Below, piece by piece: positions 37,591 through 48,226 of a stretch of DNA of 64,000 nt. The notes under the pieces are model-generated. The model was given only the letters and a program-made list of their open reading frames with translations. It had not been told where the DNA came from and searched no databases. Within the stretch, counting starts at the first letter, position 1, and each line of letters starts with the position of its first letter. A program made the translations under genes and the position numbers. Source of the stretch: Armatimonadota bacterium (GTDB lineage Bacteria; Armatimonadota; UBA5829; DSUL01); NCBI GenBank assembly GCA_039811685.1, contig JBDHZC010000008.1:64001-128000 (forward strand). The letters are read 5' to 3'.

Positions 37591-40043
37591 TACTGCGCTC
37601 CTGCCGCCTTAAACTGAAGACGGGACAGAATACGCAACTGAAAGACTGTAAAGCCTATCAGCAGCGATCCCAGAATCCATGACATCGCCACAGCGTAACC
37701 GAACTTCAAATAAAGAAAAGCATTGATCCATATCTCCAGACCTGCAACGTGAGTTGCGTACATTGGCCCGCCTCCGGTCATCACGAAAATCGCGTCAAAG
37801 GAGCGAAATGCGGCAATGAAGGCGCCGACAAAGTTGATGATAATAAGCGGGCGCAGGAACGGGATGGTGATAAAACGGATTTTCTGCAGCACGCCCGCTC
37901 CGTCCAGATCTGCCGCTTCGTACATCTCTTCAGGAACACCCTTAAGCGCTGCCAGATAGATGATGCACCCTGGCCCCACTCCGGCCCATATCCCCGGCAG
38001 GATGATGCAGAGCATGGCCAGGCGTGGATCCTGCAGCCAGGTCTGCGGCTCAATGAGAGGCAGCCCAGGAAGGCGTATAAAGTGGAGAAGTGAGTTCAGC
38101 GGGGCCAGAACGTGATGGTCAAAGGCGAGAATGAGCTGATTCATCACACCAGCAGGACTGGGATCATAAAACAGCTTCCACAAGAACATTATGACCAGCC
38201 CCGTGGTGACGGCCGGAAGATAGTAAAGCGTGCGAAAAAGCATCTTCCCACGAGGAACTTCGTGGAGCATTAACGCCAGGATGATCGGCGCTATAAAGCC
38301 CAGTGCCAGAGACAGGATCATAAACTCGAAGCTGTGCCACAATGACACCCACGTCTGCGGAGTGAAGAGCACTTCGCTGAAGTTGTCCAACCCAACCCAC
38401 TTTGAGCCGGTGACAATTTTGTAATCCTGGAAGGCCATTACGGAGCCTTTGACGAGCGGATAGTACGCCCAGAGCGCGACTGAGATCAGAGCCGGCGCCA
38501 TGATGACCCAGGCAAACAACAGGCGCTTCAGCTTTCGGCGCGAACGCAAGCGGGATGGAGTTCCGGAGGCCTCTGAAGCGATGTCAAAGTCCTGGCTAAA
38601 CGTGCGCATAACGGTGCGGAACAGCACTGCGAGTATCGCGCTGAGGATCAGCACAAAGGCCAGCGCCACTCGCCGCCTGAACTCCAGGACTCTGGGCGAC
38701 ACGACGCCCATAAGCTTCTCATTGCAGTGTGTGACAGCCTGATTGAGCGCCTTGCGAAGATCTGCGGTGTCGCTGGCCCAGGCGACGTCCAGCGGTGGGG
38801 TCATCTCTGCATAGATCATCTCGCAGTTGCGCCCGTAAGGTTCCGGGCGACCGGATCGCAACGCTTCATCCAGCGTCTCCTGCCATCCCTTCGGAACCTG
38901 GCGCAAGTACTGTGAATATCCGAATTTCTTGAGGAAGCGCGGAGCGATATACTTGGCCCACCCGGATTCTACAAAGACTTTGCAGCGGATGCGAGCGGCT
39001 TCCTCACCACCCCAGAATTTGATGTACTCCCAGGCGGCATCGCGCACACGCTTGTCTTTCACCTGCGAGTTGATTCCCATCATCGGACAATTCAGCTCGT
39101 TGCCCCGCAGGCCAGTGGGTCCCCTGGGAACAGGCGCGATTCCTATCAGGCTCGGGTTGACGTTGACCATCGACTCGTCGCTGAGATAGCCGAATGTCAT
39201 CCCGATTTTGCCGAGATCCCAGCCCGGAACACCTTCTGTACCCGGGTAGGCCACACCGCGGTAGGTTTTTCCGTCGCGGGTCCACTTCCCGCGCACCAGC
39301 TTCTGGTAGAACCGCAGCGCGGTGACAGCAGCGTCATCGTTGAAGACAGCTCGCCACTGCCCGCGGGAGTCCTGTTTGACAGCGTCACCTCCCGCAGACC
39401 ACAGGAAGTTTATGAACTTCCACGCCGCCTGAGAGCCTCTGTCCACCTGCAGCCCGTACTGCCCCTTTTCGGGAATTGTCAGCTTCCTCGCGTAATCCCA
39501 CAGCTCGTCCCAGTTTTGCGGTGGGTGCTCGGGATCAAGACCTGCTTCGCGAAAGAGGTCTTTGCGGTACTGCAGGGTCATCACAAGCGTGGCATAGGGG
39601 ACAGCCCATATATGTCCTTCGCGTTTTATAACCTGCCAGACGGGAGGATAGATCAGATCTGACAAATCCTCTTCTTTTGCCCATTGCTTGAAGTAATCAT
39701 CGAGCGGATAGAGAAATTTCTGCTGGAGATAGCTGTCGGAGATACGAAAGTTGACGTAGATGACGTCCGGCGCAACGCCACCGGCCATCTGCAGCAGCGG
39801 CCCAGCCTCAAGATTCATACCAGGCACCTGCAGGCCGCGCGTGCCCTCCAGGCGGATGTCAGGATGAAGCTCAAGAAAGCGCTGAACGATGGCCAGACTG
39901 GCTTTCTCTGGCACACTTCGAGCGTCTTTTGCGGGCAAACTCCACACTCGGACCGTGACAGGTTCCGCCGCCCGGCACACAGGCGCCATCCGCAACGAAA
40001 GACCGAGAAAAACCAGAGTCAGCAGAAGCGCGCGAACAGTCAC
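37590..40043 (-). CDS. Fused extracellular sugar-binding protein and MalF-type permease
   Basis: Signal peptide; SBP_bac_1-like APDV, YRKDLFREAGLDP..PPQNWDEL; then WVGLDNF, YEAADLDGA, TGGGP. Confidence 0.92.
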   Translation of the reverse strand: MTVRALLLTLVFLGLSLRMAPVCRAAEPVTVRVWSLPAKDARSVPEKASLAIVQRFLELHPDIRLEGTRGLQVPGMNLEAGPLLQMAGGVAPDVIYVNFRISDSYLQQKFLYPLDDYFKQWAKEEDLSDLIYPPVWQVIKREGHIWAVPYATLVMTLQYRKDLFREAGLDPEHPPQNWDELWDYARKLTIPEKGQYGLQVDRGSQAAWKFINFLWSAGGDAVKQDSRGQWRAVFNDDAAVTALRFYQKLVRGKWTRDGKTYRGVAYPGTEGVPGWDLGKIGMTFGYLSDESMVNVNPSLIGIAPVPRGPTGLRGNELNCPMMGINSQVKDKRVRDAAWEYIKFWGGEEAARIRCKVFVESGWAKYIAPRFLKKFGYSQYLRQVPKGWQETLDEALRSGRPEPYGRNCEMIYAEMTPPLDVAWASDTADLRKALNQAVTHCNEKLMGVVSPRVLEFRRRVALAFVLILSAILAVLFRTVMRTFSQDFDIASEASGTPSRLRSRRKLKRLLFAWVIMAPALISVALWAYYPLVKGSVMAFQDYKIVTGSKWVGLDNFSEVLFTPQTWVSLWHSFEFMILSLALGFIAPIILALMLHEVPRGKMLFRTLYYLPAVTTGLVIMFLWKLFYDPSPAGVMNQLILAFDHHVLAPLNSLLHFIRLPGLPLIEPQTWLQDPRLAMLCIILPGIWAGVGPGCIIYLAALKGVPEEMYEAADLDGAGVLQKIRFITIPFLRPLIIINFVGAFIAAFRSFDAIFVMTGGGPMYATHVAGLEIWINAFLYLKFGYAVAMSWILGSLLIGFTVFQLRILSRLQFKAAGAQ

Positions 40044-40240
40044 TGCAACGCCGTAAACGACCCTCGAGCGGAGTGTAACAAATCCTGCAGGCTGCGGGGG
40101 AAGGTCGGCATTAGCCGAGATATCTGATACGGCTCATCGCTGAGCATGGGGACATTTCCTCACTGACGTTGGACGATCATTTACCCGTTCTTCTACGAGC
40201 GCGGGTTATCCTTCCGTTACCGAGTCACGCGCAAAAACGG

Positions 40241-40930
40241 TCACGCACTCGGGAGAGGCTCTGGGCTTATCCGCCAGCGCTCTGCCCGCTCAGTGGCGTT
40301 AACAAAATCGTCTGCGCTGAGTGCGGTCTGTTGTGGACGAATGCGAAGCATGTCGGCAAGGGAACAAGCTATGGCTTCTTCAATGGCAGGCATCCATCTA
40401 AGCCAGAGATGGCCCTGATAAAGAACAAATCCATCTCCGCGCCACTGAGCTCCACCGACCATCTTTCCGCTAGGGCCCACAAGATCACCCGCAACGGTGG
40501 ATTGAGAGCAGACAACTCCGGCGTCAGCGTCGGATTCGGTGGCCTGTGTGGCATCCACCCCGCAGTCCCGGAGAGCTCTTTGGACCGCGGCGTGTATGGC
40601 GCAATAACTGTGGCGAAGGTCGCGAAGCGCCGCAAACGAACGGGGCCACGCAAGTGAAAACGACATCTCTTCGCCGTGGAAAACGAGTCCCCCACCTGTC
40701 GGCCTGCGCACCAACAGACTTCCCGGATACATCAACATTGCGCCAAAAGCGACGTCTTCACGGACTGTGCGCCCCGCTGTGACAGTGGGGTCTCGCCACC
40801 GATAGAACCGGAGCAAAGGTTCCTGCGCTTCGACGGTGCGCTCTGCCATCTCGACATCCAGCTCCATATTGAGATGGCCTGGCAGAGCTTGAGACTCAAC
40901 AAACTGCAAAATCATTTTTCTTGCGCGCAA
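40241..40930 (-). CDS. Lipoate-protein ligase A/LipM-like octanoyltransferase
   Basis: NMELD, LRFYRW..PTVT.G, VRRPTGGG.VFH, KMVGGAQ; lies directly downstream of gcvPB. Confidence 0.85.
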   Translation of the reverse strand: MRARKMILQFVESQALPGHLNMELDVEMAERTVEAQEPLLRFYRWRDPTVTAGRTVREDVAFGAMLMYPGSLLVRRPTGGGLVFHGEEMSFSLAWPRSFAALRDLRHSYCAIHAAVQRALRDCGVDATQATESDADAGVVCSQSTVAGDLVGPSGKMVGGAQWRGDGFVLYQGHLWLRWMPAIEEAIACSLADMLRIRPQQTALSADDFVNATERAERWRISPEPLPSA

Positions 40931-40960
40931 TCTGTGTGGAGCAGGGAACGGTGGCCCTGT

Positions 40961-42448
40961 TCAGCCGACAGACGCCGTATTCCGGGCGCCAGAGATGGAC
41001 ATCTGCGGTGTCCATTTCAGAATCGGTTCTCGAGCCGCCCGCACTTCATCCAGCCGGCCCACAGGCATGGAATGCGGCGAAGTCTGTACGACTTCCGGGT
41101 TGGAGTTAATCTCCGCGTCAATCGCCTGCAACGCCTGCACGAAGGCGTCCAGAGTTTCTTTCGTTTCGGATTCCGTAGGCTCGACCATCAGAGCTTCTTC
41201 CACAATCAGAGGGAAGTACGTAGTTGGAGGATGGAATCCATAATCCAGCAACCGCTTGCCCACATCCAGCGCCCGCGCGCCGCGCTTTTTCTGGGCAAGA
41301 GCGGACAGCACGCACTCGTGCATACACGGCTCATCAACGTACAGTCGGAAGACTGAACTGAGCAGTATGCGCAAATAGTTGGCGCTGATGACGGCCCCTT
41401 CAGTATTTCGCCGCAGCCCTTCAGCGCCAAGAGCGCGGATGTAGCTATAGGCGCGCACAAGGACGCCAACACTTCCGAAGAAAGCGCGCAGCAGGCCTAT
41501 GCTGCGCTCAGGCCGTTTAAGCCGAAATACGTCCTCACTGCGCTCGACAACCCATCCGGGCAAATACTGAGCGAGATGCGCCGCGACACCCACCGGCCCG
41601 GCGCCGGGCCCACCACCACCGTGAGGCGTCGAGAATGTCTTGTGCGTATTCAGATGCAAGATATCGAATCCGAGGTCCCCGGGACGCACCACGCCGACCA
41701 GCGCGTTAAGGTTGGCTCCGTCGAGATACAGAAGCGCCCCCCGCTCATGCACAATCTCTGCAATCTCGATGATATCGTCTTCAAACAGCCCCAGCGTGTT
41801 GGGATTAGTGAGCATAAACAGAGCGGTCTGATCCGTGACTGCTTCCCGAAGCGCTGAGAGATCTGTGCGGCCACGGGCGTTGGATTTGACTGTCACCACC
41901 TGATAGCCGCCAAGATGAGCGCTTGCAGGATTTGTTCCGTGAGCGGTGTCCGGGATGACAATCTGACGTCTGGTCTCCCCACGGCTCTGGTGATAAGCTC
42001 GCGCTATCAATATGCCCGCCAGCTCACCCTGCGCACCTGCGGCGGCGTGAAGCGAGAAAGCCGACATGCCGCATATCTCGCACAGCAGTTGTTGAAGCTC
42101 GTTGAGAAGCTGAAGAGAACCCTGAGACGCGCTCTCCGGCGCAAAAGGATGCATCTGCGTCAGTCCAGGGAGCTGCGCAGCTTTTTCGTTCACTTTGGGA
42201 TTGTACTTCATAGTGCACGACCCCAGCGGATAGAAGTGAGTGTCGATGCAGAAATTGAGCTGGGAGAGCCGCGTAAAATGGCGCACAACCTCCAACTCCG
42301 AAACCTCTGGTAGCGCCGCGCGCTCACGTCGAAGATACCTTGACGGCAGAAGCTCTTCGGGAGGCGTATCGGGCATATCCCCGTCTGCGCGGTACCAACC
42401 CGAGTTAGCGCTTTCTGATCTTTCGAACAGCAGTGGCTCCCGCCTCAT
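40961..42448 (-). CDS. gcvPB: Glycine dehydrogenase subunit 2
   Basis: YPLGSCTMKYNPK, AHGTNPAS, HLNTHKTFSTPHGGGGPG, EPTESE. Confidence 0.96.
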   Translation of the reverse strand: MRREPLLFERSESANSGWYRADGDMPDTPPEELLPSRYLRRERAALPEVSELEVVRHFTRLSQLNFCIDTHFYPLGSCTMKYNPKVNEKAAQLPGLTQMHPFAPESASQGSLQLLNELQQLLCEICGMSAFSLHAAAGAQGELAGILIARAYHQSRGETRRQIVIPDTAHGTNPASAHLGGYQVVTVKSNARGRTDLSALREAVTDQTALFMLTNPNTLGLFEDDIIEIAEIVHERGALLYLDGANLNALVGVVRPGDLGFDILHLNTHKTFSTPHGGGGPGAGPVGVAAHLAQYLPGWVVERSEDVFRLKRPERSIGLLRAFFGSVGVLVRAYSYIRALGAEGLRRNTEGAVISANYLRILLSSVFRLYVDEPCMHECVLSALAQKKRGARALDVGKRLLDYGFHPPTTYFPLIVEEALMVEPTESETKETLDAFVQALQAIDAEINSNPEVVQTSPHSMPVGRLDEVRAAREPILKWTPQMSISGARNTASVG

Positions 42449-43782
42449 TTCAGCACCTCCGCTATGTCCTGGCAATAGCTGTCGATGTCGTCCCGCGTTT
42501 TGGTTTCCGTTACAGCTACAAGCAGACAGTCGCGCAGACCTGCGTCGAACTGACCGAGGTCCAGTCCGGCCCACCAGCCCCTCTCTCTCATCCTGTTGAC
42601 TGCCTCCAGCGCAAGGCACGGCAGCTTGAGAGTAAACTCGTTGAAGAACGGCGCATCAAATGCGAGGGTCACTCCCGGAATGTTCTGTAGCTTATCGGCG
42701 CAGTAGTGAGCGCGGATCAGGTTTTGCTGCGCAATCTCCTGAAAACCAGATCGTCCAGCCAGCGCCAGATACACGGTAGCGGTCAGCGCGAGAAGGGCCT
42801 GATTTGTGCAGATATTGCTGGTAGCCCGCTCACGCCGAATATGCTGCTCGCGAGTTTGAAGGGTCAGCGTGAAGCCGCGCTGTCCACTGGAGTCCCAGGC
42901 CATACCTGCCAGACGCCCTGGCATCTGGCGTACCAGATTCTCCCGCACCGAGAAAAACCCGGCGTAAGGTCCACCGTAGTTGAGCGCCACACCCAGCGGC
43001 TGGCAATCCCCCACCGCGATGTCTGCGCCAACCTCACCAGGGGAGGCCAGCAATCCGAGGGACACAGGATTGCAGGCGACGACAAGCAAAGCCCCCGAGG
43101 CATGAGCGATTTCAGCCAGATCCCGGAGATCTTCCAGATGACCAAAGAAGTTCGGTTGCTGGACTATGAGGCAGGCGGTTTCGGAGTCTATGGCAGTCTG
43201 GCAGAGCTCCAGAGACGTGACTCCGTCACTTTGGGAGATTTCAACGATTTCGTCACCCAGACCCGAGACGTACGTCTGAAGGACTTCCCGCCACTGCGGG
43301 TGCACAGCGCCAGAAACCGCGATGCGGCGACGCCGGGTCTGCCGCAGGGCTAACAGCGCCGCCTCCGCCATCGCCGAAGCGCCGTCGTACATAGAGGCAT
43401 TGGCGACATCCATGCCGGTGATCTGGCAGATCATGCTCTGGAACTCAAAAGTAGCGGTCAAAGTCCCCTGGCTCGCTTCCGGTTGATACGGCGTGTAGGC
43501 GGTAAGAAACTCTCCCCGAGAGACCAGCGCATCTATGGCAGAAGGGATAGCGTGCTCATAAGCGCCGGCGCCAAGGAAACACCGTCCCGGAGCGACTGGC
43601 TCATTGCGTGATGCAAGGGACGCCAGGTGACGCAGCAGGCGAGTCTCAGACATACCGGGTCCGATGTCCAGTAAGCCATCAATCTGGTTGGGAATATCTC
43701 TCAGCAGGTCATCGGCGCTCTGGACGCCGATAACATCCATCATCCGCCGCTGATCAGTTTGGGAAGCTCCAACCCAATCCAT
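42445..43782 (-). CDS. gcvPA: Glycine dehydrogenase subunit 1
   Basis: FLTAYTPYQPEASQG, NASMYDG, TREQHIRRERATSNICTNQAL. Confidence 0.96.
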   Translation of the reverse strand: MDWVGASQTDQRRMMDVIGVQSADDLLRDIPNQIDGLLDIGPGMSETRLLRHLASLASRNEPVAPGRCFLGAGAYEHAIPSAIDALVSRGEFLTAYTPYQPEASQGTLTATFEFQSMICQITGMDVANASMYDGASAMAEAALLALRQTRRRRIAVSGAVHPQWREVLQTYVSGLGDEIVEISQSDGVTSLELCQTAIDSETACLIVQQPNFFGHLEDLRDLAEIAHASGALLVVACNPVSLGLLASPGEVGADIAVGDCQPLGVALNYGGPYAGFFSVRENLVRQMPGRLAGMAWDSSGQRGFTLTLQTREQHIRRERATSNICTNQALLALTATVYLALAGRSGFQEIAQQNLIRAHYCADKLQNIPGVTLAFDAPFFNEFTLKLPCLALEAVNRMRERGWWAGLDLGQFDAGLRDCLLVAVTETKTRDDIDSYCQDIAEVLK

Positions 43783-43784
43783 TC

Positions 43785-44174
43785 CTACTGCTGACTTTCG
43801 ACAAATGCCAGATATTGGTCGTGCGTCATGAGACTGTCTGTATCAGCGGTATCAGACGGCTTCAGCGCGACCAGCCAGCCGTCTTCGTAAGGTGAAGAGT
43901 TTACAAGTTCGGGGCTATTCGCGAGAGCTTCGTTTGATCGCTCTACAGTGCCCGAAACCGGCGCGTAAATGCTGAAAGAGGCTTTCACTGAATCTACCAG
44001 AAGCAACTCATCCCCTGCGTTCACAACCCGGCCTGATTCTGGGAGATCAACGAACACGATATCCGTGATCTCCTCCTGCGCGTGATCTGTTATCCCTACA
44101 TAAAACAGCCCATCTTCGCGCAGATGAACCCATTCGTGCGTCTCGGTGAATCGGTAGTCATTCAGATCTGTCAT
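43785..44174 (-). CDS. gcvH: Glycine cleavage system H protein
   Basis: HEW, VGITDHAQ, DSVKA (lipoyl-Lys), PELVNSSPY.DGW. Confidence 0.96.
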   Translation of the reverse strand: MTDLNDYRFTETHEWVHLREDGLFYVGITDHAQEEITDIVFVDLPESGRVVNAGDELLLVDSVKASFSIYAPVSGTVERSNEALANSPELVNSSPYEDGWLVALKPSDTADTDSLMTHDQYLAFVESQQ

Positions 44175-45274
44175 TGCAGAATCAACTCCTGCCGCCTGCG
44201 CGCTCCAGCTTCCTTGTAGAACGGAAGCTCCACTGCATGTGCGGAAAAGGTCTTTCCATTGTGCTCGAGTTTGTAAGGCTCCCCGGCGCCGCTGTCAACC
44301 AATGCGAGGCAGATGCCCCGGTTGAGGCTGGGTGAATGTGTCCCGCTTGTCACAACGCCTCTGGCGCGGCCATCCGAAGTCACCGTCCATCCCTGACGCG
44401 GTACGCCGCGCTCATCCAGAATCAGGCCGATCAGTTTGTGCTCTATACCTGTTCGCTGCTGACTTTCGAGCGCCTCACGACCGATGAAGTCTGAGTTTTT
44501 TTGCAGCTTTACTGTCCATCCGTAGCCAATGTCGTACGGAGTGCAGTTCTCGCTGCCTTCATGTCCGTAGAGAGGATAGCCCATCTCAAGGCGTAGTGTG
44601 TCGCGCGCGCCAAGTCCGGCCGCGACAAGTCCAAAATGTTGACCGGACTTGTAGAGCGCTTCCCATATTGCCGCAGCAGATACAGCGGGAACAAAAAGCT
44701 CAAACCCGTCCTCTCCTGTGTAGCCTGTTCGGCTCACGATGACTCGCGCCTGCGTCAGCTCTGTCTCGATCACACCATTTCGACTCAGCGACGTGGCCTC
44801 GGGCACAACTGCGGACAATACAGCTTCCGCGTGCGGGCCCTGCAGGGCGATGCCTGCTCGAGAAGAGCGAGCGTCCAGCGTAACCTCTGAGAACTGGTGC
44901 TGGCGCAGCCAGGCAAGATCGGCCTCTTCGCGCGAGGCGTTCATCACCAGAAAGAAGCGCTCTTCGCCGAGCCGAAAGACGTAAAGATCGTCAATAATGC
45001 CGCCCTGGAAGTTGCACATAGGGGAGTAGACGCCGCGGCCAACTTTCACATCGATGTTGTTGGGGAGCATGTACTGAAGCCAGTCCAGAGCCCGAGGGCC
45101 GCTCACGTCAGCCTGCGCCATGTGTGAGATGTCAAACAGCCCGGCCGCCTGTCGCACAGCAATGTGCTCCTGGATAACGGAAGAAAACTGGACAGGAAGC
45201 TCCCAGCCCGCGAAATCGACCATTCGGCCGCCATGTTCGCGGTGCCAGGCATCCAGTGGCGAAAGCTTTGTCAT
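44171..45274 (-). CDS. gcvT: Glycine cleavage system aminomethyltransferase T
   Basis: DFAGWELPVQF, GLFDISHM, SRTGYTGEDGFE, GLGARDTLRLE. Confidence 0.96.
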   Translation of the reverse strand: MTKLSPLDAWHREHGGRMVDFAGWELPVQFSSVIQEHIAVRQAAGLFDISHMAQADVSGPRALDWLQYMLPNNIDVKVGRGVYSPMCNFQGGIIDDLYVFRLGEERFFLVMNASREEADLAWLRQHQFSEVTLDARSSRAGIALQGPHAEAVLSAVVPEATSLSRNGVIETELTQARVIVSRTGYTGEDGFELFVPAVSAAAIWEALYKSGQHFGLVAAGLGARDTLRLEMGYPLYGHEGSENCTPYDIGYGWTVKLQKNSDFIGREALESQQRTGIEHKLIGLILDERGVPRQGWTVTSDGRARGVVTSGTHSPSLNRGICLALVDSGAGEPYKLEHNGKTFSAHAVELPFYKEAGARRRQELILQ

Positions 45275-45457
45275 CCCGAGCTCCTGCGAACACACGGGAG
45301 GTGGGAGTTGAGGATGCTTCTGACAGACTCTGTGCTAACTGACCGGGGAGACATGGCGAGGTTATGTTAGCCCCAACTGCACCCAGGCTGCAACAGCAAG
45401 GAGGGCGCTAACGAGACCTTACCCGGGAGTACCGTACAGCCAGCGTTTTCGCCGGGA

Positions 45458-48226
45458 TTACCCGTGCGCTGACTCCGTAGCTTTCGCCGCCGGAGCTCCG
45501 ATTTCATAGTGGCTGTAGAGCCAGGAGATGCCGATCAACGCAACTCCCAGCCCTGCAAAGCTCACAACGCGATAGCCACCCTGGAGGAAGCTGAGATCGA
45601 GCAGAAACAGCTTGCACGATGTAAGCCCCAGAATTCCCAACGCAACTATCCGCAACAGGCGCTGCTTCCAGTGCGCACCAATGAGCAGCAGTACTACAGC
45701 GCTTACTGTCCAGACAAGCGAGATCGCCATCTGCGCCGCCAGTTCCCAGTCAGGGAACAGACTTTGATAGAAACGAAAAGCTTCGTACGTCTCCTGCGTC
45801 AATCCCCAGAGCAGCAGTCCAAGCGCCAAAAGTCCGATGAGGGAGCTTGCAGAGGCTTCTGCTGAAGCGCTCTTCCTTTGCACGACGTACGCCCCGAAAG
45901 CCGCCGCTGCCGAACACCACACAAATACGACAAAGCGGATATTCCAGATGGGACCGTAAGTTGGTGAATCCAGGGAGACGGCCAGCAGCAGGAAAACTGC
46001 CAGAAACGCCACGGCGATGCTGATGATTCCAAACAGCACGTGCCGCCACTTCAGACTCAGCAGCAGCATCCCTACAGCGAAGGCCGCCCATAGAGCACAC
46101 AAGGCGTAAACGCCCTCTGCAACCGCTCGCGCGCCAGTTGCGTTGCTCCAGACTACTCCACCTGAATAGACTTCGATGGACAGACCAATGAGCCCTACAA
46201 CGCTCAGCAGACCAAGCGTCCACGCAGACGTTTCGGCAGCTTCGCTGTCAGGGGTACGTGCCCACCGCCAGCTCAACCATCCCAGCAAGGCGGATGTCAC
46301 AAGAAAGGAAGCAGCCCGGATATTCGTGAACGGCGACCAGACCGCGCTGTCCAACTGAGTCAGCGATCCTGCCACCGGCAGCGCTGAGCCGAGGACGGCT
46401 ACCACAAGTCCACATCCCCGCACAAACGGCTGTCGTACAACGCCTCCAAGCGCTTCAAGACAAATGCTTAGAATTGCCCAGAGTATGGCCGTGAGAAACA
46501 GGGTGACAGCCCAGCGATCCGAAGGGAAAAGGGCAGGATAAGCCACCGCCGTCACGCTGCTCTCAAGCGCCAGCAGCCAGGCGGTCTCTCCGATCGTCAC
46601 TACACTCAACAGATAAAAGGTCGTTTTGTGACCCGGGTCCGCTGAGCGCCCTTCGGTAACGGCCATCCACGCACCAGCCAGGATGCTCACCAGCAACGGC
46701 AGCGCCTGAGTGTTAGCGAACGGCACGAGCGGATCAGGGCTCGTCCAGCTAACAAGCGTCAGCACGACAACAAGCGAGATCGCCCACACAAACTGCGCGC
46801 TTCTGCGGAAGAGACGGCTGTGAAGTGCATGGGACATCGTCAGAAGCAGCGCGCTCTCCAGACTCCAGCCCACCGCCAGCCACATCTGGCTGAGCTGAAC
46901 GGGAAGAGCGATCGTAATGTAGAACAGCGCCAGCCCAATAAGACTCCGTTGCAGGGCCAGATCCTGGCGGGAAATCGCGCGAACAAGAGCCGCCGATGCC
47001 CCGAACGCCACGCCAGCCAGCAACGGAAACGCACCAGGATAGTTGCCAAGCCTGGGTTCCAGGACAGACAGCCCAAACATCCCGTAGAAAAAGGATGCAG
47101 CGAACAGCAACGCCAGATCAGCCGGTGGTGTACGCTCCCTGCGCCACAGACTGTAGAGACACGCCGCACCCGCAAACTCCAGTTCAAACAACGTCAGATA
47201 GGCGAAAATAGGCCATACCATTGCCTGCCGATAGTCGAGCAACGCCCACCCGGCAACAAGGACAAGTGTAGAAATGAAAGCAAGCTGGATGGCTCCTCTC
47301 CAGCGCTTGAACACAGACACGCCGACGATTCCGGCGTTGAGGACGGCGACGTAAGTCAGCAGCGGCAAAGGACTGGATGGGCTGCTACTGGCGCTAGTGA
47401 GCACGGCAGGCGTCAGGAAGCCTCCGAGTGTGGCGAGCAGACACAGACTGATGGCGTCGTAGCGAACCGCCAGCACCACACCAAAAGCGGTTACTATGGC
47501 CATAAGAACAAACGCTGTCTGAAACGGGAACAGGCCGTAAACATGCGCCCCCGCCCAGATGCTCAGATAGTAGATTGCCAGACCTGTTCCCGTCAGGCCT
47601 TCTGCGAACCACTTCTGCTGGCGGTGAGCCGCAAGCGCTGCACCACCCACGAAAACAGAACCCGCGACGAAACCGACAGCCAGGCGTCCGGCAGGTCCTA
47701 TCCACTGCCACGCCCACTGGAGAAACAGCGCCACAGCCAGAAACACAAAGACAGAACCCGCCCAGAGTGTCCATTTTCCGCCAACGACGCTCTCAAATGT
47801 TGCACCCCCGAGCGTTGCCCGCGCTTCCGGTCCAGCCGTCGAAGAAGACCCAAGGCTGAGCGGAACCGGAATTGGAGCGGGAGGCTTTGAGTCCGGAACT
47901 GTTGGAGGCGGCGGAATGATAGGAGGCGGAGGAACAGATGGCTCTGCCGGCATGGGTTGCGCTGAAGGCTCTGGCGCATAAGAATAGGACGGGACAACAG
48001 GCGGAGGAGGAGCGCCAGGTTGGGAGTCCAACGGCTGCGGCGGCGCTTCAAGCGGCGGAGGCGGAGCTTTGCCTTGTGACTCAGACCCGGATGGCGCGGC
48101 CGGGAAATCCGGCCTGACTCCCACATGTCTTTCCAGAGAGTCCAGACGCCGGGCGAGGTCGTCTATCTTCTGCGACAGGCGCTCGAGAAACTCCTGAACG
48201 GGTTCCTGCGATCTATGCATAGACAT
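45458..48226 (-). CDS. DUF2339 polytopic membrane protein with Pro-rich N-terminal linker
   Basis: Coiled coil, Pro-rich linker, FESVVGGKW, LGGFLTP, KLFLLDLS..YRVVSF; start uncertain (48226-48319). Confidence 0.88.
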   Translation of the reverse strand: MSMHRSQEPVQEFLERLSQKIDDLARRLDSLERHVGVRPDFPAAPSGSESQGKAPPPPLEAPPQPLDSQPGAPPPPVVPSYSYAPEPSAQPMPAEPSVPPPPIIPPPPTVPDSKPPAPIPVPLSLGSSSTAGPEARATLGGATFESVVGGKWTLWAGSVFVFLAVALFLQWAWQWIGPAGRLAVGFVAGSVFVGGAALAAHRQQKWFAEGLTGTGLAIYYLSIWAGAHVYGLFPFQTAFVLMAIVTAFGVVLAVRYDAISLCLLATLGGFLTPAVLTSASSSPSSPLPLLTYVAVLNAGIVGVSVFKRWRGAIQLAFISTLVLVAGWALLDYRQAMVWPIFAYLTLFELEFAGAACLYSLWRRERTPPADLALLFAASFFYGMFGLSVLEPRLGNYPGAFPLLAGVAFGASAALVRAISRQDLALQRSLIGLALFYITIALPVQLSQMWLAVGWSLESALLLTMSHALHSRLFRRSAQFVWAISLVVVLTLVSWTSPDPLVPFANTQALPLLVSILAGAWMAVTEGRSADPGHKTTFYLLSVVTIGETAWLLALESSVTAVAYPALFPSDRWAVTLFLTAILWAILSICLEALGGVVRQPFVRGCGLVVAVLGSALPVAGSLTQLDSAVWSPFTNIRAASFLVTSALLGWLSWRWARTPDSEAAETSAWTLGLLSVVGLIGLSIEVYSGGVVWSNATGARAVAEGVYALCALWAAFAVGMLLLSLKWRHVLFGIISIAVAFLAVFLLLAVSLDSPTYGPIWNIRFVVFVWCSAAAAFGAYVVQRKSASAEASASSLIGLLALGLLLWGLTQETYEAFRFYQSLFPDWELAAQMAISLVWTVSAVVLLLIGAHWKQRLLRIVALGILGLTSCKLFLLDLSFLQGGYRVVSFAGLGVALIGISWLYSHYEIGAPAAKATESAHG

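Noticed and set aside
42449..42619. N-terminal extension of gcvPB in the ORF track
   Set aside because: It overlaps gcvPA; the likely start is ATG 42448 with a GGAGG RBS.
45275..45457. Glycine riboswitch upstream of gcvT
   Set aside because: The GGAGA/CCGAAG/CUCUCAGG aptamer landmarks are not found on the minus strand.
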